DNA of 64,000 nt from Halobacteriovoraceae bacterium. Its GTDB lineage: Bacteria; Bdellovibrionota; Bacteriovoracia; Bacteriovoracales; Bacteriovoracaceae. The notes under the pieces were generated by a model, which saw only the letters and a program-made list of their open reading frames with translations, searched no databases and was not told where the DNA came from. Location of the stretch: positions 32,001-96,000 of the forward strand of contig CAVRCF010000001.1 in NCBI GenBank assembly GCA_963719505.1, given 5' to 3'. Positions within the stretch are counted from its first letter, which is position 1, and every line of letters starts with the position of its first letter. Both the position numbers and the translations under genes were made by a program. Below, in pieces: positions 38,172-48,284 of the stretch.

Positions 38172-38660
38172 ATGCCATCATTCGACTTAGTTTCCTCACT
38201 AGATATGGGAGAGCTTAAAAATGTATTAGCTATGGCCCAAAAGCAAATTTCTGGTCGCTATGACTTTAAAGGCTCAAAATGCAATATCGAACTTAAAAAT
38301 GATAAAGAATTGCATGTTGTGGCTGAGTCGGAGATGAAAATTGAAGCGGCCATGTCTATTCTCTACGGCTGCATGAGTAAAAGAGGCTTAGGTTTAAAGT
38401 GCTTAGATCTTCAAAAAGTCCTTCCCACTGGTCATCAGATGTATAAGCAGGTCATCATTCTCAACTTTGGTATTAACAAAGAAAATGGAAAAACAATCAA
38501 TAGACTAATTAAGGACTCTAAACTTAAAGTGAGCTCTCAATATTTAGACGAGAAGATTCGAGTGACATCTAAAAAAATTGATGAACTCCAAAACACTTAT
38601 CAAATGCTTCGCAATAGTGAAGAGCTTGAAATTGATGTAAAGATGGAAAACATGAAATAA
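38172..38660 (+). CDS. yajQ: YajQ-family nucleotide/c-di-GMP-binding protein
   Basis: MPSFDLVS...RYDFKGS...IRVTSKKIDELQ. Confidence 0.92.
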   Translation: MPSFDLVSSLDMGELKNVLAMAQKQISGRYDFKGSKCNIELKNDKELHVVAESEMKIEAAMSILYGCMSKRGLGLKCLDLQKVLPTGHQMYKQVIILNFGINKENGKTINRLIKDSKLKVSSQYLDEKIRVTSKKIDELQNTYQMLRNSEELEIDVKMENMK

Positions 38661-38662
38661 GC

Positions 38663-39646
38663 TTAAAGAGTAAAACGTTTCTCTCTGGCCTCTTTCCAAA
38701 CTTTTAAGAATTCTTTTACCTCTTCTCGAGTTCGGGCCACGCTACTGTCCTGTTCAATATCAATGGAATACAGATAAAAAGCGCGCTTTATATTATCGTG
38801 GTCTTCGCTTTTAGAAATCTCCAGGACTTCATCAAAAATATTTTTCCACTCTTTTGGAGAATCCGTCTTCGTAAGTTTTTGAAAGTGGGATATGTATTCA
38901 CCGGCTTCATCACTATCCATTTTTTTAATTTCAAATCCCAGCTCGTCTGGATAAAAGTAATGAGGTTTTATTCTTTTTACACTGGCCACAGCTCGAGCAA
39001 TATATTTATCAAGAGAATATTTAACATGAGCAGGGCTTGGAAGCTTAATTGTTTCATTGGGTTCAATAACATCGAAGTTTGTAATTTGAGGGTTGAGGGC
39101 TTTTATATAGGTTAAAGCTTGTTGGGTATCAATCCCGGTATAGCGAGTGTTGATAATTTTACTCACACTATCCCCTTTTTTAACCTTGTAAGAGGCAAAC
39201 TCTTTTGTCGGCGCTGAATTTAAGACTTTCCCAAGGACAAGCTTATCCCCTACATCCAATAGATTTGGATCTTTTATATGAGGGTTGGCCAAAATTGTTT
39301 TTGCGATTTGTTTTCTTAAAGTGATATGAGGCGCGAGATGTTTATGATTTTTAACAATCTCATTAAAGGTCTCTCCTCTTTTAACCTCATAGACAACATC
39401 TTGCAGGTCTGGAAGAACTAGTGTTTGGCCAGGATAGATAAGGTTGGGGTTTTTGATAAACTGGTTGTATTTTAAGATGTCTTCATAAAGAGCACTCTTG
39501 GCCGGTCCCACTCCATAGTTAATAAAGTTATTAAGAATAAGATTAAGATTATCTCCTTCTTTCACACTATAAACATTTTCATAGGCTGCTTGAAGTGAAG
39601 TTGACGTTAAGAGAATGAGACTTGCACAATAAGTTTTGTTTTTCAT
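38663..39646 (-). CDS. Secreted triple-LysM protein
   Basis: Three YxVKxGD/E...NP.I..PN.I..G repeats. Confidence 0.85.
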   Translation of the reverse strand: MKNKTYCASLILLTSTSLQAAYENVYSVKEGDNLNLILNNFINYGVGPAKSALYEDILKYNQFIKNPNLIYPGQTLVLPDLQDVVYEVKRGETFNEIVKNHKHLAPHITLRKQIAKTILANPHIKDPNLLDVGDKLVLGKVLNSAPTKEFASYKVKKGDSVSKIINTRYTGIDTQQALTYIKALNPQITNFDVIEPNETIKLPSPAHVKYSLDKYIARAVASVKRIKPHYFYPDELGFEIKKMDSDEAGEYISHFQKLTKTDSPKEWKNIFDEVLEISKSEDHDNIKRAFYLYSIDIEQDSSVARTREEVKEFLKVWKEAREKRFTL

Positions 39647-39900
39647 AGTTGCCCTATTTGTTAGTTTTTAATAGCTAAAAATTTTGCTCTTATGATTTTT
39701 AAATGTCCTGAGTTTTGTATCGCAAGTCTACTGCAAATGAGAAAACGGCTAAATCCTTTTATTGAAAAAGTGCTTATTTCCCCCTAATTTAGGGGACTTT
39801 GGTGGGTTTGAACTTTTCTTATTCAATGACAAAAGATTTAGACTTCCATATAAATTCAATGGGTTAGTTTTTAAACCTGTGTCTAAAAATGGGCTCTTAC

Positions 39901-40515
39901 CTAGGCATAGATCTCAAGGGGAAAGCTTTGAGTTAGAAGTTCTAAGATGTCTCTTGTCGTGACAATTCCTTTTAGCTCTAAACTGTCAGTTGTGATGGGG
40001 ATGCAATTAACATTTTCCTCGAGCATAACCCTTGCAATATCAGAGATCGATGAGTGCTCTTGACCTGCTAGAACTTCTTTAACCATGACTTCTGCCAAAG
40101 TGGTCGAGGTTAACTTCTTTGCGCCAAGGACACCCAGGAGTAAACCATCGGAGACAATTCCAACCAGTGTTTTATTTTCAACAATGGGGATGTGGCGAAT
40201 TTTATATTTTGATAACAGCTCCATGGCAGTGGCCACTGTATCTTTAGGACTCAAGGAGTGAATCTTTGTCGTCATAAGGTCTCTGGCATAAACCTTCTTT
40301 CTTTTAATCTTTTGGTTTTCGACATAGCTTGATATTTTACTTTTCTTTGCTCTGGATTGGGTTGTGTGACCATCTTCAGTATCTTTATCTACGAAGTGCT
40401 CCATTAGATCGTTAAAAGATGGTGCCATATTTCTTATGCGATGAACGTTATCTCTATTTTTAGAAGGAATTCGGTAGGGTTTAAATTGACCATTAAAAGT
40501 GACGATTAAAGACAT
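39901..40515 (-). CDS. CBS-pair domain protein
   Basis: ARDLMT...IRHIPIV...LVGIVS; LKGIVTTRDIL. Confidence 0.88.
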   Translation of the reverse strand: MSLIVTFNGQFKPYRIPSKNRDNVHRIRNMAPSFNDLMEHFVDKDTEDGHTTQSRAKKSKISSYVENQKIKRKKVYARDLMTTKIHSLSPKDTVATAMELLSKYKIRHIPIVENKTLVGIVSDGLLLGVLGAKKLTSTTLAEVMVKEVLAGQEHSSISDIARVMLEENVNCIPITTDSLELKGIVTTRDILELLTQSFPLEIYA

Positions 40516-40669
40516 GACGTTTCCCTTTTGTTGAAATAAAGACCCATAAAGCGACCAGTCTTCAGTTTAAAACATACCATTACAAATTGACAGGAGCTAG
40601 GGACTCAAGGCTTAAAAAAAGATTTTTTTACCTATGGACTTTAATCTATTTGATCTTATAGTTAAGCTA

Positions 40670-40981
40670 ATGAGACTTTTAGTCGTTCTTCTTATTTTCC
40701 AATCTCTTATATTTACAGGTTCTGTGAAGGCAGAAGACTTTGATCGTCATTTTGAAAAGGTTTTATCAACCAATCTTCTGTCGATACAGTCTCAAGTTCA
40801 AAAGTCCTCAGATCCATCTCTTGACCTATCTTTTAAGGATATAGATTTCTTAGACTCTTTGGCCCAAAGGTTATTAAAAGTCTTCGCTGTCTCATTTAGC
40901 GCTCAGGCGCTTTCAGAAGTCTATCCAAAGAAAATCTTTCTTCTCCTTATGGCTCCAAGGTCTCCCCCAGTAAAGATCTAA
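40670..40981 (+). CDS. Small secreted hypothetical protein
   Basis: Signal peptide; C-terminal PRSPP. Confidence 0.5.
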   Translation: MRLLVVLLIFQSLIFTGSVKAEDFDRHFEKVLSTNLLSIQSQVQKSSDPSLDLSFKDIDFLDSLAQRLLKVFAVSFSAQALSEVYPKKIFLLLMAPRSPPVKI

Positions 40982-41021
40982 CTGTTATTGATACATTTAT
41001 CTTTATTTAAAGGAGAATCTC

Positions 41022-41108
41022 TTGAAAGATGTAAAAGGATGGCTATTTGCGATGAGCTTTTTTATTTTAGCTGGCGCACTGATAGCCTTTGAAGTTTATT
41101 TTAATTAA
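41022..41108 (+). CDS. 28-aa single-TM small protein
   Basis: AAGGAG RBS, TTG start, MKDVKGWLFAMSFFILAGALIAFEVYFN, hairpin at 41119-41144. Confidence 0.5.
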   Translation: MKDVKGWLFAMSFFILAGALIAFEVYFN

Positions 41109-41148
41109 TTCAGATATTTGCAGGTGCTCACAAGGGCATCTGCATGTT

Positions 41149-42654
41149 TTAAACAACTTCGAGATCTTCAGGTGTCTCAACCTCTCGAACTCTTTCATTA
41201 ACAAATCGATTAATAGCTTCATCGATATCAAATTTTGATTTGGTCACAATCAGAACTTTATCATTTATAAGAAACTTTGTTGAACCATCGGGAATAACAA
41301 AGGAGCCCTCTCTTTTGATAAAAAGAACCAGGCATCCACTAGGTAGACCTAGGTCGACAACTCTTCGCTCAACGGCATAGTCATCATGCTCAATTGTAAT
41401 CTCTCTAATTCCATTTTTCGTTTTTTCTAAAACTTCAAAATCGATGGGAAAGCTTGGATCCTCGATAGATTCAAAAAGAAGACCAAGCTTCTTTGCTAGC
41501 ATCTTTAGAGTCACTCCCTGAACCAGGGCGGAGACCAACACGACGAAGAAAACGATATCAAAAAGGATATGGGCTTTATCTCCGATTTTAACAGCTGCAA
41601 GGCTGGCAAAGACAATAGGAGTGGCCCCTTTGAGCCCGGCCCAAGAGATGAAGATTTTGTCTTTGACGTTAAACTTACTAAACACCAGACACAGAAATAT
41701 CGTTGCCGGTCTTGCAATAAAAATGAGAAAAGCCGCAATGATAAGTCCCTCTGGCGCGATCTTTATAAGGCGACTAGGAAAGACCAATAGTCCCAGCATA
41801 ACGAATAAACCTATTTGAGAAAGCCAAGAGATTCCGTCGTAAAAGCTATAGAGAAATGTTTTATGAAGGATTTTTCGACTACTGATAAGAAGTCCAAAAA
41901 GGTAGATGGCCAAAAAACCATTTCCTCCCAGTTGACTGGCTAAAGAATAATTTAAAAAGAGAAAGGACAGGGTTAAAGCTGGATAGAGGCCAACATGCTC
42001 CAGATTAATGATATTATTTAAAGAGATAAAAGCTTTGGCCAAAATACATCCCACGGCGATACCAACCACGGGATTCAGGAGAAAACTCAGACCGATTTGC
42101 TCGATATCAAAGTTTGGACTCTCCATTAATCCTAAAATAACGGTGACTAAAAAGTAGGCCATCGGATCATTACTACCGGATTCAAATTTGAGAAGGTTTT
42201 TATTATTTGCTGTGACTTGAGAGCTTTTATCTTTAAAAATAGAGAAGACCGCAGCCGCATCTGTTGCAGAGAGAATGGCCCCCAAAAGAAGGGATTCCAT
42301 CAGTCCAATTTTCAAAATAAAGTGAGCAAAGATTCCTACAATTCCGGTCGTGAGAAAAATCCCTACCGAGGAGAGAATAATCCCTCGAGCGAGGTTTCCT
42401 TTAATATCCTTAATCTCTGTTTCAATTCCTCCGGAGAAGATAATGAGGCACAGAGCAATAAGACTTAGAGAATGGGTCAGTTCGTAACTTTCAAAGTGAA
42501 TTCCACCCAATCCCTCACTTCCAGCGACCATCCCTACCAACATAAAAATAATAAGAATTGGAAGCCCAAAACGACTAGAGGATTTGCTCAGTAAGACACT
42601 AAGAAGCAGGATAATTGAACCTGCCAGAATAAAGTTATTAAGAAATAATTCCAT
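41149..42654 (-). CDS. cvrA: K+/H+ antiporter (CPA1, NhaP2/CvrA) with TrkA-C domain
   Basis: ATDAAAVF, ESGSNDP, GNGFLAIY, WAGLKGATPI. Confidence 0.92.
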   Translation of the reverse strand: MELFLNNFILAGSIILLLSVLLSKSSSRFGLPILIIFMLVGMVAGSEGLGGIHFESYELTHSLSLIALCLIIFSGGIETEIKDIKGNLARGIILSSVGIFLTTGIVGIFAHFILKIGLMESLLLGAILSATDAAAVFSIFKDKSSQVTANNKNLLKFESGSNDPMAYFLVTVILGLMESPNFDIEQIGLSFLLNPVVGIAVGCILAKAFISLNNIINLEHVGLYPALTLSFLFLNYSLASQLGGNGFLAIYLFGLLISSRKILHKTFLYSFYDGISWLSQIGLFVMLGLLVFPSRLIKIAPEGLIIAAFLIFIARPATIFLCLVFSKFNVKDKIFISWAGLKGATPIVFASLAAVKIGDKAHILFDIVFFVVLVSALVQGVTLKMLAKKLGLLFESIEDPSFPIDFEVLEKTKNGIREITIEHDDYAVERRVVDLGLPSGCLVLFIKREGSFVIPDGSTKFLINDKVLIVTKSKFDIDEAINRFVNERVREVETPEDLEVV

Positions 42655-42756
42655 TAAATATCGACACCATTATTTTTCATTTGATTGTATCTCAAGTGGT
42701 CTTTTGACGATACAGAGAAATCTTAACCCGCCGACTGAGGTCAAGAATTGGGCGTG

Positions 42757-44559
42757 CTATTTTTTGGCAATTTCCCTTAGAAAATCATCACCAAATTTCT
42801 CACACTTACTTTGGCCTACTCCATTAACCATAAGAAACTCATCTTTATTTCTAGGGAGAAGCTGACACATATCGTGCAATGATTTATCAGAAAAAATGAG
42901 GTAGGGAGGAACATTTCCCTCTTTGGCCAATCGAGAGCGAAGTTGGCGCAAATTTTCAAAAAGATCGTCTTGACCGTGGGAGGCTGCAATTTCTTTAGAT
43001 GTATGCTTTGACCTTTTGCTTGAGGTCAGCTTTTCCTTTTGAATACGCATCATAAAAGGTTCTTGCCCCTTGAGAAGTGGTGCACTTTTAGGGGTGAGAG
43101 CTAAATTTCTATAGTCCCAATTTTTTATGCGAATATAACCTTCTCCTAGAAGTTGACGCAAAAGAGTATTCCAAAATGTTTTTGGCTTATCTTTCCCAAC
43201 GCCGTAGACCGATAGTGTGTTGTGTTTTCTCTCTAAGACTTTGGCATTTTCTGATCCTCGAAGAACATCTATCACGTGCCCTGCTCCAAAACTTTCGCCG
43301 GTTCTATAGATGGTTGATAGGATTTTTTGAGACTCCACCATGGCGTCAAATGTATCAGCCGGTTCAAGACAGGCATCACAATTTCCACAAGCTTGAGAGA
43401 GGTCTTCACCAAAATAGCCTAGAAGATATTGTCTTCTGCAATTGATGCTCTCACATAAGGCAAGCATTGAATCAAGTTTTGCCCTTGCCACACTTTTATA
43501 AGCATCTGCCGCTTGAGAATTCTCAAGCATCTGGGACAACTTCATAACGTCTTGCAGACCGTAAACCATCCAAGCGCTGGCCTCTTCACCATCTCGTCCT
43601 GCCCTTCCCGTCTCTTGATAGTATCCCTCGATACTTTTTGGAAGATCCAGGTGGGCGACAAAACGCACATTTGGTTTATCGATCCCCATCCCAAAAGCAA
43701 TGGTAGCGACGATAATAATATTTTCTTCTCTATTAAATTTCGTTTGAATCTTTGAGCGTTTTTCTGAATCCATACCGGCGTGATAAGCATAAGCACTAAA
43801 ACCGGCTTTCTTTAACTCACCTGCAATTTTTTCAACTTTTTTTCTTGATAGGCAGTAAACGATGCCATTTTCATTTTCATGATGAGTTTTAATAAAATTG
43901 ATAAGCTGTTTTACTTCATCATCTCTATTGGTGATTTTATAAGAGATATTTGGTCTATCAAAAGAGGAGACGAAAATGCCTGGATCTCTCATATTGAGCT
44001 GAACAGCGATATCACTTCGAGTCTTTTCATCAGCAGTCGCCGTCAAAGCAAGTATGGGAACTTCGGGATAGCGATCCTTAAGCACTCCAAGCTGCATATA
44101 ATCACTTCTAAATTCATGCCCCCACTGAGAAACGCAATGGGCTTCATCGATAGCAAAAAGGGAAATTTTAACTTCTAAGGAGTTTAAGACTCCCGACATC
44201 AAACCCTCTGGAGAAATATAGAGAATTTTTGCAGCCCCTGAGTTGAGAAGGCTTCTCACTTGGTCTTTTTCTTCAAGGGACTGTGATGAATTTAAAAAGC
44301 AGCCTTTTATTCCATTTTGGGCAAGATTCATAACCTGATCGTGCATAAGAGAAATAAGCGGAGAGATGACAACAGTCAAACCTTCAAGGCAAAGAGCTGG
44401 AACTTGATAACAAACAGACTTTCCACCACCAGTAGGCATAATGGCAATGGTGTCTTTTTTGGCCAAAACATCAGTGATAATTCTTTCCTGCTCAAAGCGA
44501 AAATTTTTATGACCAAAGGTATCTTTTAGAATATTTAACGCGTTATCTATTGTTTCCAT
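42757..44559 (-). CDS. recQ: ATP-dependent DNA helicase RecQ
   Basis: MPTGGGKS, DEAHCVSQWGH, QETGRAGRDG, RQC and HRDC regions. Confidence 0.97.
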   Translation of the reverse strand: METIDNALNILKDTFGHKNFRFEQERIITDVLAKKDTIAIMPTGGGKSVCYQVPALCLEGLTVVISPLISLMHDQVMNLAQNGIKGCFLNSSQSLEEKDQVRSLLNSGAAKILYISPEGLMSGVLNSLEVKISLFAIDEAHCVSQWGHEFRSDYMQLGVLKDRYPEVPILALTATADEKTRSDIAVQLNMRDPGIFVSSFDRPNISYKITNRDDEVKQLINFIKTHHENENGIVYCLSRKKVEKIAGELKKAGFSAYAYHAGMDSEKRSKIQTKFNREENIIIVATIAFGMGIDKPNVRFVAHLDLPKSIEGYYQETGRAGRDGEEASAWMVYGLQDVMKLSQMLENSQAADAYKSVARAKLDSMLALCESINCRRQYLLGYFGEDLSQACGNCDACLEPADTFDAMVESQKILSTIYRTGESFGAGHVIDVLRGSENAKVLERKHNTLSVYGVGKDKPKTFWNTLLRQLLGEGYIRIKNWDYRNLALTPKSAPLLKGQEPFMMRIQKEKLTSSKRSKHTSKEIAASHGQDDLFENLRQLRSRLAKEGNVPPYLIFSDKSLHDMCQLLPRNKDEFLMVNGVGQSKCEKFGDDFLREIAKK

Positions 44560-44695
44560 CGGTCCTCATCCTAATACAGGCTGGGGCCTTCCGACCAGTG
44601 TTTTTATATTTAAACAAATTGTACACATAATCTGGGTCTAAATTTTGAACACTTAGAGGAATATTATTTAACAAAATTCTACCAAGGAGAAATTT

Positions 44696-45301
44696 ATGAA
44701 ATTTATGTTAGGAGCCTTTTTAATCTTAGGTGTTACAAATGTTTATGCGGAAAATAAAGGTGGCCTGTTTGTCGAACCCTTTATTAGTTATGAAAGTTCA
44801 GACCTTGAGGTCAACTACCCTTCACCTTTTGGAGATTCTGAGTTTGACTATAAAGGAGCCGGCGTTGGAGCAAGACTTGGTTTTCACGTCATGGAAACCG
44901 TTTTTGTAGGGGCAGATGCTCGTTACGGAAAGTATAGCTTTAACGATGAAGATAATGATTATGAAGAGGATGCTTCTGGTTATACCTATGGACCTGTTGT
45001 GGGCCTTCAGTTGCCGACCGATTTAAAAATTAGAGTTTGGTACAACTATGTTATGGGAGGGGTTTTAGATCCTGAAAAGTCTGATGGTGTTGATGTAAAG
45101 TTTGAAGATGCTAAAGGTCATAGAATTGGAGCCGGTATCGCTTATAACTCTTTAAGTTTTAATATTGAGTATCAAGATATCACTTACGATAAAACTGAGC
45201 TTGAAAGTGTTGGCCCATTTTCATCTGGCACAAGTTTTAATGATGTAGAGCTTGATAATGCTGGATATGTCTTCAGTGTAAGTTTTCCTTTCGCTATCTA
45301 A
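44696..45301 (+). CDS. Outer-membrane beta-barrel protein
   Basis: Signal peptide, amphipathic strands, aromatic C-terminus. Confidence 0.75.
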   Translation: MKFMLGAFLILGVTNVYAENKGGLFVEPFISYESSDLEVNYPSPFGDSEFDYKGAGVGARLGFHVMETVFVGADARYGKYSFNDEDNDYEEDASGYTYGPVVGLQLPTDLKIRVWYNYVMGGVLDPEKSDGVDVKFEDAKGHRIGAGIAYNSLSFNIEYQDITYDKTELESVGPFSSGTSFNDVELDNAGYVFSVSFPFAI

Positions 45302-45302
45302 T

Positions 45303-45335
45303 AAAAAAAGCCCCACATTTTATAAGTGGGGCTTT
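45303..45335. terminator. Bidirectional intrinsic terminator
   Basis: AAAGCCCCAC...GTGGGGCTTT between convergent genes. Confidence 0.8.
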
Positions 45336-45346
45336 CTCATTTAATA

Positions 45347-45820
45347 TTACTGCGTAATATCTAGCTTTCTATCACTCGATGAGAATAAACCTTTAAAAAA
45401 ACCTTTGCTATCTTCTTTATCTAGCTCGACCTTTTTAGACTCGGTTTCTCCACTTTTAGGAAGGGCCATCTTTAGCACTCCATTTTCGTAGATCGCTTTT
45501 ATATTATCTTGATCCACGTTTTTTGGCAGCATTAAGCTGGTCGAGTAATCGAAGGATCTATTCGCCTCTTTTCTATGAGCATTAACCTTTAGGATATTCT
45601 GGTCAATAGAAATTTCGATGTCATCGTGTTCAACACCAGGCATATCGATGGTAGTTAAAAAATGAGAGTCCTTCTCCTCCATGACTTTTCCAAAATTAGA
45701 TTTTTCACTTCTATTGTAAGAGCCAAAGTCTGTGAAAAAAGAATCAAAGTCATTCCTAAACCTCTCTATGGCCAGATAGGGATTGTCATTAGCTTTTCTT
45801 TTACTTAAATCGTTGTTCAT
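45347..45820 (-). CDS. Hsp20/alpha-crystallin small heat-shock protein
   Basis: IDMPGV..DDIEI...LP..VD...I.A.YENGVL...LPK; GGAGG RBS. Confidence 0.9.
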   Translation of the reverse strand: MNNDLSKRKANDNPYLAIERFRNDFDSFFTDFGSYNRSEKSNFGKVMEEKDSHFLTTIDMPGVEHDDIEISIDQNILKVNAHRKEANRSFDYSTSLMLPKNVDQDNIKAIYENGVLKMALPKSGETESKKVELDKEDSKGFFKGLFSSSDRKLDITQ

Positions 45821-45922
45821 AATTCCTCCATTTATAATGAATATTGACTCCATAGTACCTTTTCATTAAAAATTTTCATCATGAAGTTATTCAAATTTTA
45901 TCTAGATTTTTTTACAAAGGTT

Positions 45923-46372
45923 TCAAAGAGAGGATTTTGATATGAGTTTTAACTTGGGCTCAATATAGGTTTCACAAAATTGATTCCCTTTATTCTTTTC
46001 ATAATAATTGAGATATTTTTCACTATTTAATTTAAAAGCATTCAAAGGGAGAACCTTTGTAATAATCTTTTTATCAAAAGATGCAAGGGCATTTTCAAAA
46101 AGAGGCTTGTCGCACTCTTCGCTATAGTAGACTGCTGACCTGTATTTATCTCTAAATTGATGATTGTTTTGACTGCTATGGGTTTTTAAGTGGATATGGA
46201 TAAGGCTTTCAAGATCTTTAGTATGGCACTGAAGACGAATGGCTTCAGAGAAAGTGGAGGCTTCTCCAAGGGATGATATCCATCCCTGTTCAATATTAAA
46301 GGCTTGGGTAAGGCTATTAAAAACTGCTTCTGTGCACCAATGACAACCACCACCCAGTCCCAAAACGATCAT
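45923..46372 (-). CDS. msrA: Peptide methionine sulfoxide reductase A
   Basis: GGGCHWCTEA, YRSAVY, FC..YI.PKL. Confidence 0.85.
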   Translation of the reverse strand: MIVLGLGGGCHWCTEAVFNSLTQAFNIEQGWISSLGEASTFSEAIRLQCHTKDLESLIHIHLKTHSSQNNHQFRDKYRSAVYYSEECDKPLFENALASFDKKIITKVLPLNAFKLNSEKYLNYYEKNKGNQFCETYIEPKLKLISKSSL

Positions 46373-47167
46373 CTAAATTTTTTCACCAATACCGTATTTA
46401 ACATCAGCATTTTTATAAATAGGTACTGTCTTATCTAACCACTGAGTTAAGTTTTCTTGGCGCCTTTCACTGGCGGGGTGAGTTGACATAATCTCTGGAG
46501 GAGCTTGTCCACCTGCTTTTTTCATTCTCTCCCAAACCTTTGGTGCCTCTGTTGGATTATAGCCAGCTTTCGCCATATAGACTTGGCCCATCTTATCTGA
46601 TTCCGTTTCATCTTCTCTTGAAAATTTTCTATTGAAAAATTCTGCTGCAATAGCAGAAGCCGCTGCTCCGTAAGTGGTCACCTTCTTACACTGTTCAGTT
46701 TTACAAAGAACTTGTCCACCGACGAATACTGCGCCTCCAACTAAAAGACCTGTCAGTTTTGTTTTAATCGCACGAGCGTATCCTTCCTTACCATGCCTCA
46801 AAGTCGCATGAGCCACTTCATGTCCCATAACCGCAGCGAGTGCACCTTCATTTTCTAAGACGGGGAGAATACCTGTGTAAACGGCCATCTTCCCACCAGG
46901 CATGCACCAAGCATTTATTTCGTCAGATTCAATGAGAATAACTTCCCATTTAAAGTCTTCTCCCGAAGCCTTGGCTATCCTGTTTGAAACCCTTTGAACC
47001 ATTTCTGTGAGACGTCTATTAGAGGAGATTTTTGAATTCTTTTTAACCTCTTCGTAAGCCTTTGCCGCTTGAGCATTTATCTCAGCATCTGTCGGCTCCT
47101 TCACTCCAGGAATTGAAGAACAACTCGATAAAAATAATATTAAAAGTATGCTTGCCACTATTCTCAT
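46373..47167 (-). CDS. M48 metallopeptidase lipoprotein
   Basis: NAWCMPGGK, GHEVAH, E.ESD, STHP. Confidence 0.93.
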   Translation of the reverse strand: MRIVASILLILFLSSCSSIPGVKEPTDAEINAQAAKAYEEVKKNSKISSNRRLTEMVQRVSNRIAKASGEDFKWEVILIESDEINAWCMPGGKMAVYTGILPVLENEGALAAVMGHEVAHATLRHGKEGYARAIKTKLTGLLVGGAVFVGGQVLCKTEQCKKVTTYGAAASAIAAEFFNRKFSREDETESDKMGQVYMAKAGYNPTEAPKVWERMKKAGGQAPPEIMSTHPASERRQENLTQWLDKTVPIYKNADVKYGIGEKI

Positions 47168-47364
47168 TTACGATCCTTTATTAAAATTTTTAATATCTTA
47201 TTCATTAACCTTGTCTTTTTCAAACTGATTTTAGCAGAACTTAAACTATCTCTGAGTACTGTCATCGGTCAATATTGCAAATATATAGATATCTACACCT
47301 AAGCTTTATCTAATTGCGATGATAATGACTCTCCCCCTGACTAGACTGGTATAAAGGAGTTCTT

Positions 47365-47724
47365 ATGAAACTATTAATGATTGCAACATTCCTAATGACT
47401 TCACTTGCTGGAGCCGTTAGCTTCAACAACCCTGACTATAAAGACTTTAGACTTAATTCTGAAGTAAGGCTTGTAGAAATCTCTAAAAATTTAGCAAAGC
47501 TTGAAGTTATCGTAAATGAATATAGAGGTCCTGCAAAAGATGACCTAGAGTTAAACTTTGACGCTATCTTAGACAAGACAGCCATGCTTGAAGAAGAAAT
47601 TGCGATGTCGAAGAATATGTCCGAGACAAATTTTTATTTAACTGCACCAGAGATCCAAAAAGATTTAAGAGAAGTTGATATGCAGATTAATCGACTGATA
47701 AATGTCGATCCAGTCATGTACTAA
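47365..47724 (+). CDS. Secreted hypothetical protein
   Basis: Signal peptide; AAGGAG RBS. Confidence 0.65.
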   Translation: MKLLMIATFLMTSLAGAVSFNNPDYKDFRLNSEVRLVEISKNLAKLEVIVNEYRGPAKDDLELNFDAILDKTAMLEEEIAMSKNMSETNFYLTAPEIQKDLREVDMQINRLINVDPVMY

Positions 47725-47871
47725 AAGCCAAGCTAAACGCTTGATTTTTCCACCAAAGTTGTTGGATTGTAATATAAGTTTTTAAGATTCTACATATTAT
47801 TTACTCTATATTTAACAGCCAGTTTTTATTTTATATTTTATTATTAGTTTAGTGTAGAGCAGGAGGAAGAG

Positions 47872-48276
47872 ATGAAAATTTTTATAGTAGACGATGAGCC
47901 AGAGATCATAAAACTTTATACTTTATTTCTCAGAAATAGAGGTGATGAAATCATAGCAACAAGCAATGCAACGAGTGCTATAGACCTTATAAAAGAAAAC
48001 TCTTTTGATCTTATTATTACGTACAAAAGAATGCCTAAAGTTAGTGGAAAAAAGATCATCGAATTTGTGGAGGAGAATAGACCTCTTATTCCAATTCTTC
48101 TTTTAACTGGTGACCATGATGTTTCATACGACTTTATCAATCCCCAAAGTAAAATCGTTATAAAGCCAATAATGATGGCTGACCTTTTAAAACATGTGGA
48201 GGAAGTTGAAAGAAATTTGTTCACTAACGTCTTTGATAAAAATACCGTAAAGCCATCAGAGGTGCCACTACAATAG
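47872..48276 (+). CDS. Single-domain response regulator lacking the phosphoacceptor Asp
   Basis: IVDDE, DLIITYKRMP, LLTG, KP. Confidence 0.8.
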   Translation: MKIFIVDDEPEIIKLYTLFLRNRGDEIIATSNATSAIDLIKENSFDLIITYKRMPKVSGKKIIEFVEENRPLIPILLLTGDHDVSYDFINPQSKIVIKPIMMADLLKHVEEVERNLFTNVFDKNTVKPSEVPLQ

Positions 48277-48284
48277 GGCCCGCT

